Below are positions 35,300-47,394 of a stretch of DNA of 64,000 nt, piece after piece. A program made the translations under genes and the position numbers. The notes below the pieces were generated by a model. The model was given only the letters and a program-made list of their open reading frames with translations, was not told where the DNA came from and did no database searches. The number at the start of each line of letters is the position of its first letter. Position 1 is the stretch's first letter. The stretch is from Dicyema japonicum (lineage: Eukaryota > Animalia > Dicyemida), in the NCBI GenBank assembly GCA_011109175.1, contig RDEW01000023.1, forward strand, positions 469,225 to 533,224, in the 5' to 3' direction.

Positions 35300-35879
35300 G
35301 TTTATTTATATTATATCTTATAATATTGCAATTTTTAATTTTTACATAAAATTAAAACTTTTATAATAATTGTGAAAATTAATTAATTTTAAATGAACGT
35401 GACATATTGACTTTTGTTGTGTGGCAAATGATGATATTTCTCTCATATTAAAATGATGAATTTCATGCTGAGCCTGATGCTAACAACAAATCATTCTCAT
35501 TAATTAACAACGTGTCTTAATATAAATGACACATAAAATCAAATAAAATATCATCCTATACGTACAGGTGATCATCAAAGTTCTTTCAATATTGGACTTG
35601 CAGGATTTGAAGTTGAACACTTATATCTTTTGTCAGAAGTACAGGGTTTCCGGGATCAATACTTTCATTTTTTCGCGAAAAAAGACTAGACATTTCGTGC
35701 AATAGGGGTACGCTACCTATACCACTATTGACCAATTAATTACGTAGTTAACTAATGTGAAATTCTCACAACACAACATATTGTTTTAATAATAGTGTAG
35801 TCAATTCAAAGTTCTGAAATGTGCAATTAAATTTTTTTTAAACAAATAAATTAATTTAGACAATAATTAGGACGACATA

Positions 35880-38390
35880 ATGGCGAAGGCGTTACCTCTG
35901 ATAATCGCCATTTCGAGCCTCTGCCTCAACCAGAGTCCTCCCGTGGATCGCACTTTTTAGAGGCGAGTTTGCTTCCAATGCTGTGGAGAAAGGCGTCCGT
36001 CTTCGCGCCTACAGTTCTAGTTGTCTCCACAAATAAATTGTTTTCACAAATAAATTAAAAAAATAAACGCGTTGTTGCGGACGGACGGACGGTCGTTGCT
36101 GTGATTATGTCTGCTGTGAGAAAAGCACCTGAAAAGAATGTTCCACTTCGGAAAAAAGGTACCAGCCAAGTCAACTGAGATGTGTTCGTCCTGTCAGCTT
36201 GTCAGAACTCGAAGCGTGGGATCTACTGCTCTGCTTGCTTCCACCTCGGGTGTATCAAGCTATCCCAAGCCGCAGCGAGCGTGCTTGGAGTATGGCACTG
36301 CCAGTCATGCCTCGGCCTATGCAAGGAGGTTCCTCGTGCCCGTGCCAATGTTAACTCTCCGTTAATAACCATCAACCACGGACCCTGAAACATTCCTACG
36401 TCTTATCTCTGAATTACGTTCTTCACGGGCAATCCCTGTGAGGGTTCCCAAGGCCGTACGACCTGTTGCTGCAGAGGCCCTTTCCAAAACGATCGAAGAT
36501 TCCCTCCGGATTAACGCAGTACATGATTGGATGCGCTTTTCAGTTTTGCGCCTTTCGCACTGGGACTTGATCGAGATGGTCACGGAAAGGAGTCTCTCGC
36601 TACAACCATGAGGACCAACATTCGTTCTTTTTTGGGAGGCATCCACATCTTCAGTTGTTCCGTGGCTTCTAGCCGTACGAGGGAGACACGTAGTCATAAC
36701 GAGGAAGTCGAAGTGCTCTGTCAAAAGAGAATTGTCCGTTCGAAGGTGGCACCCGCGAAGCCATCAGGGCACTTTCCTCGAGTGGACACGAAAACCGACT
36801 CCAGACGCCTACAATATTTTACTGAACAAACATCCACTGCCACCCAAGGCCGCTGATCCATTCAGTGAGACATTCTTAAACCACAGTATAGAAGATTCCC
36901 GAGGACATGTCCTGGTCAAACTGGACATCAAGAACGCTTTCAATAGTCTAAGGAGGACAATATCCTGGAGGCGTCTGTTGAGAGATGCCATAATTTTCGA
37001 ATTTGTGAATCAGTCATACAGTCTACCTTCATCCTTACTGTCGGGGACACCTAATCCAGTCGTATTCTGGAGTGCAACAGGGAGATCCCTTGGACCTTGA
37101 TTGTTTTGCCTTACAACGTAGAAAATCACTAAACTTCCGTGCTCGCATTTCAACCTATGTTATCTGGATGATGCGGTCCTCGGAGGACCCCCGATACTGT
37201 TTTCCGGGATTGGAAGTGATAATTCCAGCTTTGTTGGAGGCTGACTGGAATTAAATTACAATAAATGCGAAACCTACAATTGCGGACTTTCAGAGAAGTA
37301 TTCAAAAGCTTTGTCATGTTTCGGAAATTTACTCCCTGGAAGTATTTCCACACCCGATGAAGAACTTATATTCTTCGGTCCCGTCACTATAAATGCAATA
37401 GAAAGCTATACGTGAAAAACGACTTTCACTCGGAGAGACTCTGAACCCCTTGTGTCTACTTGATATGCACACAGTCTCAACGTACAGAGGCTTGCATATG
37501 TCCTGAGGACTGTTCCCTATTTCACCCTGTATGATCCACTCGCACAGATTAACGAGATCTTCCGTACGACAGCGGAACGTATCTTCAACGTCCGGTTCGA
37601 GGATTACTCATGGAAGCAAGCCACGCTGCCAGTGAGACTCGGAGGACTTGGAATTCAAAACCCTGTGGACCTTTCTCTCCCTTCATACCTATCATCGCTA
37701 GTGGCTGTAGCATCCATGTCAAGAGGATTCTGCACTACCTACCCGAATTCTCAATTGACCAAGACATAACCCACGCACGAGAAGCTTGGAATGCCACCAA
37801 CCTCCCCTGCCCTTCACAAGACTGTCAGCGAAACCTGGACAATTTATTGTGCTTGAAATCATTTGGATTCTTACTGGAATCAGCACCGACGCGCTTGTTG
37901 CTTTCGGGGCTTCCCTGAGAGCGGAGATTTTCAAGGCACAATGCTGTGAATGAGATTGTCAAACGGCTATGGATGCTGCTGGATACTCGCCATTCTTGAA
38001 CTGTCGGGTTATGCAGAAGTGACGGGAAACGACCGGACGGATGACCATGATTCCCTTCGAGGCCGGGAACCCACTGTTTAGGACGTGACATGTACAGACA
38101 CGTTCGCCCTGAACGTTCTTCACGAGTACGCTTAAAGGACCTGCTCTGCAGACGTCAAGGCGGAGAAGGCCAAACTCGAAAAATACGGCGACCTTCCCGA
38201 TCATGTCAATTTGTTCCGCTTGCGATGGAGACTTCCGGATCCTACTCCCCCTCTGCACTAGAGTTTTTCGGACGTCTTGGAAACCGGATCACCTCATGCC
38301 TTGGAGATCTCCGCGAACACCGCTCGCAATTCTGAGAGGGAACAGCCACGCAGTGAGGGGCAGCTAACTGATGTTTTGTCCTTTTTTATT
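35880..38390 (+). mobile_element. CRE-like RT-RLE retrotransposon with N-terminal PHD-like finger, decayed with an internal deletion
   Basis: CSSC..CSACFHLGC...WHCQSC, VLVKLDIKNAFNSL, QQGDPL and RPDG/WDVTC REL motifs. Same family as 7630-10020. Confidence 0.8.
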
Positions 38391-39758
38391 TGTATCATAA
38401 TTTATTCACCAAAAAAATATATTAAATATGGAAAAAATTTTTTTATAAAAATAAATTAAAATATAGAAAAAGTTTCTTTTTCGGCAAGTAAACTGAACTT
38501 TTGCATAATGGCCAACAACCGCCCCAGATACTAGAAGACTAAAAACCCGTTATGGGAAGCGGTTCAAAATCTCCGCCGATTTCGATGTTCTCCTTGTCAG
38601 TATGAGATCATTTGGTTACCTGAAGAAAGGCGACAATACAGAGATTTCTCGTTAAGATAGTTTAAGTATAAAATCGACGTCCCATTTTATGTATTGCTCC
38701 ATATTTTTATTTAATATCAACAGAAAAGAAACCATCCAAGCGATAATATTTTCACGTTTGATTTTGGTATCGTTAATCAAAGCTATATCGACATGTTCGA
38801 GTTACACAAAGTGGTGTCTCAAGTTGCTAAAACGACTGAATTAAATTTGCGAAAAAGTGAGACAAAGTCTGTCAAAGAAGAACATGGAAAGAAATGTCTC
38901 AACAAAGTCGATATCGCCAACATCCAATGTCTGAACCACAATAAAAGTTTGTTAACAAGAAGATTAAAAATAATGCTCGTTCCTTAAGGAAAAGGCATAA
39001 TGAACTTGCAATCATTTCGACTACCTCTAAGGAAGGTATCCTAGTAGTTAAAAAGATCACTAAGATTGATGTCACAAATGAAGGGTCACCATTAGGTGGA
39101 TATACAGGAACATCTATTCTTTTTGTTGCGCGGAAACATGGATTAATGGTGATGGACTCTACTCTAGGAACCTGGAGACATGTTCTACAGGGATTTTTCA
39201 GTTTTACAACAAGAATTCGTATTCAATTTTGGTGGGAAATCTCAATGAAAAATGTCAGCTGTTGATATAGTGTTAGATGAACCAACGTGGACGGCGTTTG
39301 GAGGTCTGAAACCTCTGGATTTGAAGTTCTAACGTCGGAAGATCCAACCATCATTCCTATATCGGTGGTGATAAACTATGAGTTTTTCTTGTTTTCTTCC
39401 ACTTCTCGCAAATTTGGATATGCCTAGAACCGTATGTAACGTATTGGAAGTGACCACTCAAAGATAAACGACCAGCGCAGTTCGTGTCGGCGAATATTCC
39501 TAAGTATCTATCTAATTTTAAAAGAAATTTCTAAACCGGGAGGGAATATTTTAAAACGGCCGGAATTGTCTCCAGTGCGATATCGCTTATCAGAGAGTTC
39601 TACAGGCTCATTTTTGAACCTAATTCTATTTAATATTTTTTATGCCGAGTTTCTCAAAACCATCAAATTTTAATTTTGAAAAATCTATGCAGACGGGATT
39701 ATTATGAAGGCGTCCTGGAAGTCAGTTCTATTAGAAAGAAGAATAAAATATTATAATT

Positions 39759-41350
39759 AGCGTGGCGTTATGTAGTCTACCAATTCAAAAGGATTGGAAA
39801 CGCCCAGGGGCACCTAATGCCCACCGAAAAAGGACCGATAAACCCCATCCTCATGGAGACATTCTCGTCCTCGGGCAATGCATTTTGCGTTAGATCGAAC
39901 CTTCCTGGAGGAAATCCTCTGCCCATCGAAGAGAAAAGCACTTTACGGCTCTCCAGCTAAACATAAATGAAAAAAAAAATCAGGGAACTCCGCTCACTCC
40001 TGCTTGTCAAAAGATTAAAATTGCGATGATTCAAGAGACCAAAGTCTCTTTAAATGACCCTACCCCTACATTCCCAGGATACAAAGCTATCAGGAAGGAC
40101 CGTAGAGAAAAAGAGGTGGAGTATGCTCACTCTATTCAAAAGAACTTGATTGCAGAGACATCTCGGAAGTGAGAAAATTGTTAGGATGATGATGTAACAG
40201 AAATAATTGGAATCTCACTCGGATCGACGGAAGAAGACTATGCCTTGTGAATATCTACGTTCCGCCTCCTGGTTCCTGCACGAAGAGCTATGTTACGCCA
40301 AACTTATCAAGACTGTCTTCTTTTGATGAGATCATCATCTGCGGGGATTTGAATACGAAGCATTTAATATGGCTGTCAACTCAACTAGCTGACATGAGAG
40401 GGAAACTATTATTATCGCAAACGACTCCCTAACGATATTGAATGATCCATCGAGAAATACAAGGACACCATTGAGAGAGACAGATAACCTACCTCACCGG
40501 ACGCACACTCTGCTCATCGTCGCTTTCATCAAAAATTGATTGTCAGTTCTCTGCGAAACAAGAAGCGACCACAATCCAATTGTGGTGAAATCAAAAGAGA
40601 GGCCAACGTGAGGAGAATTTCTAGCAGCCACAATTACAAATGTGCTAACTGGAATTGTATCGTGAAGCTCAGAAGATAAAATGAAAATTGTTACTTGGAT
40701 AGCATCAGTCTCTGAGATGCATCAGCTACTTTACCCAAATAATCTTGGAAGCAAGATCAAGGGCTATACCAAACATTACTTAAATTCGTCGAGTTGTCGA
40801 GGGAAGACGGCCTTGATTAAAGAAAGAAATCTGCTTAAAAAAATTAACCGGATAACCTTGGATATGAAACTCCGGATCAGAACATTGAATAATGAAATAA
40901 GGCCAAAGAGCTCTAGGCCCAGAGGTTTAAGTGGAATCGTGTGCTTACATTGTGAATAGAAATGCACTACGGAAGGTGTGGAAAGCTATTCGAAATGTGG
41001 CAAAAGGCGATGAAATTTCAACAGAGGAGGCTTATGTTCAGTGATGTGAACAACTTGATAAAATTCTATACTAAAATTTCACACAAGGACACATGAAGTC
41101 TGATACACTACCATCACGTAGAAAACTAAAGAGACTATAAGAACCACTCTTCTTTTTCCGAGAGAGAGGTGAGGGATACAATAAATTCCGTTAAAACAAC
41201 ATACTCCCACGGACCAGTACGTTTATACGCGGGCACGAAGGAAAAACAATGGGCAAAGATGAGGTCTCTGTTAGAATGCATCGGATCACGTGTTAATTAG
41301 TTTGGTTTTACCGTGATCTTTGGTTAAATAAATAAAATAAAATAAATAAC
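39759..41350 (+). mobile_element. Second Vingi-like LINE copy (5' end, APE, internal deletion, 3' end with TAAAA tail)
   Basis: Collinear with 26507-29262. It jumps from the HGP motif near 41210 to the 3' UTR. Confidence 0.8.
39763..39837 (+). ncRNA. Candidate HDV-like ribozyme fold, second LINE copy
   Basis: P1 GGCGTT/AACGCC, P3 CCAAT/ATTGG, P4 GGGCA/TGCCC (different sequence, same helix), CCGAAAAA, and P2' GGACC. The 5' strand of P2 is mutated. Confidence 0.45.
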
Positions 41351-41829
41351 GAAGGATAAAAGAGTACATGGAAATTATTGAAAAACGGTGTAACATGAGA
41401 GGGTTAAAGCTCTCTCTTTTAAAGTCCAACGCGCTACGAATTAGCCGCGTCAAAAATTAGCTAAAGCAAAATACACATTGATCGTGGTTGAATATAATAT
41501 ATAAAAAATCAGAGTAAGGAATAAGGCCCTCCAAGCTCTTTTATGCACTCGCAAGCTAAGCGTCAATAAGGATACCTTTCTATTCATCTTTTTGGAATTA
41601 TTTGCTCTATGGGTGCGAGAGTTGGTATTTCTTTTTGAAGAAGGATATAATAATATTTCTATTGGAGAAAACAAGCACATCAGACATTAAGTCAAAGTAG
41701 AAAAGAGGTTATGTGATGAGCTAGATAAGGAAGAGGATAAACTGCTTACGCACTTAAACCGATTAAGTTCGTGGTGGAGGAAAGGATCATGATGAGAACC
41801 AATATTCAGCACTCCTACATATAAGTTGG

Positions 41830-42010
41830 GAGCAACTAAGGAGAAGAGGAATCTGGTGAAATGTTCAAGCCACGTGACACTTCAAGTAGGGTGGTCCAGC
41901 ACATATGAGACATCTCTGTTCTCTGACAGAAACGTGCCTTATGTCCAAACGTTGGCATCTATAACATATGATAGTTCGCTTTCGAGTTCATTCACCGAGT
42001 ATCGCCTCAA
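41830..42010 (-). mobile_element. Possible gag-like zinc-knuckle (LINE ORF1) fragment
   Basis: Minus-strand YRCQRL...RCLICAGP, degenerate. Confidence 0.3.
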
Positions 42011-42049
42011 AACTAATAAATAAACTTAACCGCACACGCACACGACGTA

Positions 42050-42926
42050 TCTTCTGCTTTACATCCAAAAGACAGTCGAACAACATTAAGTTTTTCTCCC
42101 TTCTTGTTCATCAAGAAACTGAGGTAGCAGAAAATGGAAAAAATTATAAGAGTTTAACCCATCTCAGAGTTCACAAACATTTCTTTCGGCGATAACGGAT
42201 ACTCGAAAGGATTGGGGGATCAAAGTAACAGAAGCATTTTTGGAGGCAAATATCCAAATTTACAAAATGAGACACCCTTCTCTCATACGCCTTTTTGAGC
42301 AAGAAACATATCATTTGCCATCCGAATCATCTTGCAGGTTAAATGTTAAAGAAATATCAAAATATAAAATTAATACCATTCAGACTCATTTACTGTAATT
42401 TTTTGAAATTATTCAATAGTGGGGAATGTGTTTTTCTGGTTTGTGATGAAGCTCAAGTCAACGGAACTCGCTTTTTAAAGACGCTGGGAAATGTTCTCAC
42501 AAATAAAAAATCCACCCGAAGTTGTTGTCACAAGATGGGGAAGCTGGCCAAAAGCAGCCAAATATTACTCCCAGAAATTATCAAAATTGTCTCTGAATTT
42601 GAAGGAGATGGAATTTTAATCAAAAATGTTTCGATTCTTAATTATTTTAGGCCAAAAAATCAGTTAATATTCTCACGATGTTTTCAAATTTAAGGGCGAT
42701 GTCTCTTAAACTGTTGTGGAAGCTCAGCCTTAGTTAAAAGGGCGATATCTCTTTTGACGAAAATTATTGCTAAAGATCGAAACTTTAAACATGAAAATGT
42801 TTAGGAATATTTAATTTCGTATTACAATAAATAATTTCGTTTATTTTTCCATAATGCAATATTTTACTATTGAAAAAAAATTTTATTTGAAATTTTTATT
42901 TTGAAAATTGCAATTTTCTGGTTGCC
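42050..42926 (+). mobile_element. hAT-like element, 3' part
   Basis: PPEVVVTRWGSWPKAAKYY and LLTKIIAKDRNFKHENV. Ends TTTTCTGGTTGCC. Related to 29262-30460 and 57650-57851. Confidence 0.7.
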
Positions 42927-43740
42927 CGAGTCATTATCTTTGTTGAAATACATATATTTGGGTTTAAATTCGGTTTTTCAACAGATTTGAACAAACATTC
43001 TTCTAATATGTGGCAATATTTGCGAAATTCATTATCTCATCAATAAAATATAGTTCTCATATTCCTAAGAACAGAACCACCTCCCAAATCATGATACTTT
43101 CTAACCTATACTTTACAGCTGGTAATGGCATTCTTGTTAATATGCTGTATGTAGTTTTCTCCAAATTGAAAACGTATACATTTTTCCGAACAATTCTGTT
43201 TTTGTTTCATCTGACCAAAGAATTTGTTTAATAAAATCATCTTCAATTAAAAAAATTCGCGAATTGTAATCTTTCTTTTTTTCGTCTTTCCTTTTTATGT
43301 TTTCGTTTAAGAAGAGAGTTTTTCGATGTTTTCTCTTCCATTAGAAATTGAGAATCGCATCGATAAAAAATAGTGAATCAATTAAAAATAATAAACTTTG
43401 ATTTTTAAGTCATTTAAATCAGTTATTTTTATTTTAAATATTTTTCTAGATCCTTCACTTCCTTTGTTCAAAACCTCACGTTTCCGATGTTTTCTGTGTC
43501 CGCCACCTTTTTTTACACTCACGAGAAGGAAGACAAGGATTCCATAATAAAGTTAAATAGATATTCTGTCTAATAGGGGCACGTTAACCCTTAATTTTCC
43601 GACCAATTAACCGCGTGACAAACTGGTAAGGAGAATGCTCCGTAAATTAACTTTCTTGCGGCTAATTGGTCGTTATGTTATTAAATTAGCAAATCAATTG
43701 ATTCGATTATAAAAATGTAATTGTTTCCCACTAAAACGAT

Positions 43741-44835
43741 ATGAACCAAGTCAATGAGTCAATTTGGAACATTCTTAAAGATTTACAGAACCCATACCGA
43801 TTTGATAATAACGAGAGGCTTGGACTTGTATTTTTCTATGTTTTCCTGACTACTCTGGGAATCGTTTCCAACCTAACAGTGATTGTGCTGTTGAGATATC
43901 GTCATATAAGAACACGCACAAATATATTCATTCTTAATCTGGCCTTAAGCGATTCTATTTTCTGCTTATTTTCTCAGCCAATAAACGTGATTAGGATTCT
44001 TCTTAAATACTGGATTCTAGACAATTTCATGTGTCCTTTGTCGCTAGCAATGCAACAAGCCAATGGATTGGTAACTTCTCTAAACATGACGATTATCATT
44101 ATAGATCGATACTATATTTTGAAGGTCCCCCACAGAAAATGCTCAGATCTTCGAGTTTCAAATATTATTACTTCGTTCTAATTCTCATATGCTGTGTCGT
44201 TTCTTCTCCTTTGGTATTTCGAAGAAAAGTTACAGTAGTTGAACCAATTGAAGATTTTAAAAAATATTATTTGTGCACGACAGTGAATTCTGGAAGAGAA
44301 TGGATCAAAGTCTTAGCCATTACTTTGGTTCTCCTGCAATGTTTGGGCCCCGTGATTTCAGTGGTTGTCACACAAGGACTATTCAGATCTTCGAATGGGT
44401 AAAATTATGAAAGCATTATTTAGACAAACTAGTCACTTATATTCCATGAAAAAATGGTTACAACGGAGAAATGCTAAATGCTTCAGCGAAAATGCACGAA
44501 TAAAAGTCACGTGCCCTATACAGATTAAAAACTTTCGAATATCGGACTATCGCAGAGCCAAAAGTGAAAAACATTCAAGAAGATTTATGCTTTTTATGAC
44601 AATTTTATTTATAATTTCATGGAGTCCAATTTTTGCCATTAACCTCTCAACACTGTTTGAAAAAGACTCAATCCTTGACGAAATGAGGGATTCAAATTTC
44701 ACGCTTGTTCTGCTATGCTATCAAATATCTATCATTTCGTCATCATTCAATCCCTTATTTAACATGAAACTAAACAGCAACGTTGTTCAAGAATTTGGAC
44801 AAGTATTTCACCCAAAATCACAATTTAATAGATAA
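43741..44835 (+). CDS. Class A (rhodopsin-like) GPCR, neuropeptide-receptor-like; one 25-nt intron (44399-44423) and one unexplained 1-nt frameshift near 44172
   Basis: TM1 GIVSN, TM2 TNIFILNLALSD, W.L..FMC, TM3 IDRY, TM6 FIISWSP and TM7 SSSFNPLF. Confidence 0.8.
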
Positions 44836-44845
44836 TTTATTAAAT

Positions 44846-45127
44846 TTAAAGTTTATTTGAACTGATTTTGCTGAGGAAGTTTATTTGCATTTTGTGCAGT
44901 TCGATTTCCTGTTCTATCTTTGAAATATCTGAAAGGAGTTGTTGTCTCTTTTGTTTTAAGGTGTTGATAAGATCGGATTTTCTTGATCTTGATTTTAGAG
45001 CGTACTTACGGTTTTTGAGCACTCTTCTGCGGTATTTCAAATTACTTGCTTCTCCATGTGCCATATTTTTGACCATTTCGTTGAATTCTCGTACACTCAA
45101 AGACATCAATTCTTCATCACTTATCAT
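44846..45127 (-). CDS. Minimal Maf-type bZIP transcription factor (93 aa)
   Basis: SDEELMSLSVREFN (Maf extended homology region), LKYRRRVLKNRKYA basic region, then a leucine zipper. Confidence 0.85.
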   Translation of the reverse strand: MISDEELMSLSVREFNEMVKNMAHGEASNLKYRRRVLKNRKYALKSRSRKSDLINTLKQKRQQLLSDISKIEQEIELHKMQINFLSKISSNKL

Positions 45128-45239
45128 TTAGAAAATAAAAATTTGAAGATACCGCATTCGAAATTTTTAACATAACCAAAACCACACGACAAACCACACG
45201 ACAAACCACATATTAACTCGACATTACCTTGGTAGGTTT

Positions 45240-47300
45240 TTTCACTAACTCACTATTATTTAATTATGCTAATAAGTCTTCTCTTAGAAGAGGAGTCGTT
45301 GACCTGAAACCTATCCGTTTCCTCCTCACCCGGGTTGCATGGAACGTCATCGAACTGGTTTGCTAATTCCACCAGGTGATCGGTTGCTGTAACCAAATCT
45401 TCCTCTATAGTGCGCACCTCATATTTATATACACCAACATCCTCTCTAACGTCATCTGACTCCAAGTGAGATTTATAAGCCTTCGAAAAACATCGATATG
45501 ACTTTGACTGGAGCACCATACATTAGTTTGAGCTCTTTAACCAATAAATCGTATTTATGGAACTTTTCTACTTCAATGTGCTTCAATAATTCCTTAAAAG
45601 TTATTCCAATTTCAATAAGTACAATTTAATTCTTTACCTTATTGTGGACGAAAATATCAGGTTTATTGAACCTTTCCTGAATATCTGTCTTTATGGATGT
45701 TTCCACCCGAATTTTAACCCTTGAGTATTGACCATGGAATTGACAGAATGAGTCTTCAGTCTCTTTAACTTTTTGATGACGTAATTATGCACAAGTGCAA
45801 ATGTATGAATCTAACCACTTCATCTTGCCTTCTAGCAAAAACAGATTCCTGTTTTGAAAAATACAATACAAAGCCTCGGATCTCGGACTATTTTTTACTG
45901 ACCAACTACTCAGCGGATCCAACAACATCAATATTTTTTATCTTCGAAACAATTATAAAGTATAGAGTAGAATGACTTACTCCTGATACTATCCATCTGG
46001 GATTTCTGTTGATAGTCCTTGATACTGTTAAGGCTTACTTGGGTGGGATCCATCTTGTACTTGAAAGCATGTTAGAAAAATTGATAAATAATCTTTCTTT
46101 GTTAGCAAGTTTAATTTACTTTATACTCTGTTGAAATACGGCAAATTTCAACATCAACAGACTCAAATTCCTTCGGTTCAATGTCAATTAAGCCAATGCA
46201 GTAATTATAGAGAGACAAGATATGGTCGTTGATTGTTTTAGATAGATTTGCAGCATTGATCTTCTTATGGACCATTTTCACGATCCTTTTTTTCATGTTT
46301 TTCGCGATCGTTCTCAAAACATCATGCTTCATGACGTTGCCAGCACAATCCTTTAAACTCCGAGGTAGCGATCCATCCAGAGATTTTAAATCCTTCATAT
46401 ATCCAGATTAGTTGCAGACTTCTCAAAACTCCTTCTAAGCTCAACCACATTGAAATACTCATCAATCTCATTCATCATCCTCACTATTGTATCTTCCCGC
46501 GTGGCACCATGTGGTGCTGCGTGGCTAATTGGTTGAAGTTTTCTCTTTGTTTGTCTGTTCCTCCTCTCTCTTCCTATTAGAGTGGCGTTATGTGATCCAC
46601 CTGTCTAGGTGTCGCCCAGTGCCTGGCTGGCACAAAAAAAGATCATTTGCTCTTCCCCACTCTACTGAAGGGGTTTCCACAACTGCAAGTATAAACGTCT
46701 TACGCTTTATGTGGATTCCAAATGGACTCTGTTTCTGTAGAAGTGGAAACTGGATACACTTAATTAGTTGTTTACTTTAACTTCTTTTTAGGTGTATTCG
46801 GGGTTAATAATTTAAATTAATTGTATCTTCATTCTCCGCAAATATTTTTAGATCATTTTTAATAAAAAGTAAGTGATTGTTTGTATCCGCCATCAACGAT
46901 GAATTACTTTGGGCTATAGACATTTTGGAAATTTACTATTTAGAATTTTGCTTACGGATCCATGAGTAGCACAAAGAGCTGCGAGATAATGAATCTCCTT
47001 GCAATATACAGCGGTTTAATTTAACCATTCCACTCATTTCATTGGATTATCAGGCTCTTCAAACTTTCCAATTGACATTGAGAGGCCAGAACAGTACAAT
47101 ACATGACAGAGAAGGCCATGGTCTACAGAGTCGTATGTCTTCTTTACATCAATCCAAGAAACGAATAGTTTGTTTTCATAATCACTGTTTATAAACTGGT
47201 TTATTAAAGCATGTTCCTTCGCCCCTTGACACATCCTCTTCGCTCCCAATTGATTGTCAGAAATAATCTCGAACACTTACAAATAATTGTTAAGTTTTGA
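45240..47300 (-). mobile_element. Decayed R4/Dong-like RT-RLE element (second subfamily), interrupted by SINE-X
   Basis: NQLGAKRMCQGAKEHALIN, WIDVKKTYDSVDH, LYNYCIGLIDIEPKEF and KPDIFVHNK. Confidence 0.75.
46497..46819 (+). mobile_element. Full-length ~320-nt non-autonomous retroposon (SINE-X) with an internal HDV-like fold and 11-bp TSD
   Basis: ATTGTATCTTC at 46486-46496 and 46820-46830. Homologous copies at 62652-62975, 54780-54890, 4123-4186 and ~2660-2700. Confidence 0.8.
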
Positions 47301-47394
47301 GGTGACACATTTAGTAACCAATTTATTCACTTTTTAATTTTTTTATTATTTAAATCGAAAAACTTTAACTTCCTAATTTTAACCCTAAAAACAA

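Noticed and set aside
35880-35930. HDV-like ribozyme at the CRE 5' end (ATGGCGA/TCGCCAT, TTA-CCTCTGA-TAA)
   Set aside because: P1 and P3 look plausible, but no G residues follow P1 to form P1.1, there is no P4, and no second copy is available to test covariation.
38700-39520. Possible transposase or gene relic
   Set aside because: Fragmented frames with no diagnostic motif that I could identify.
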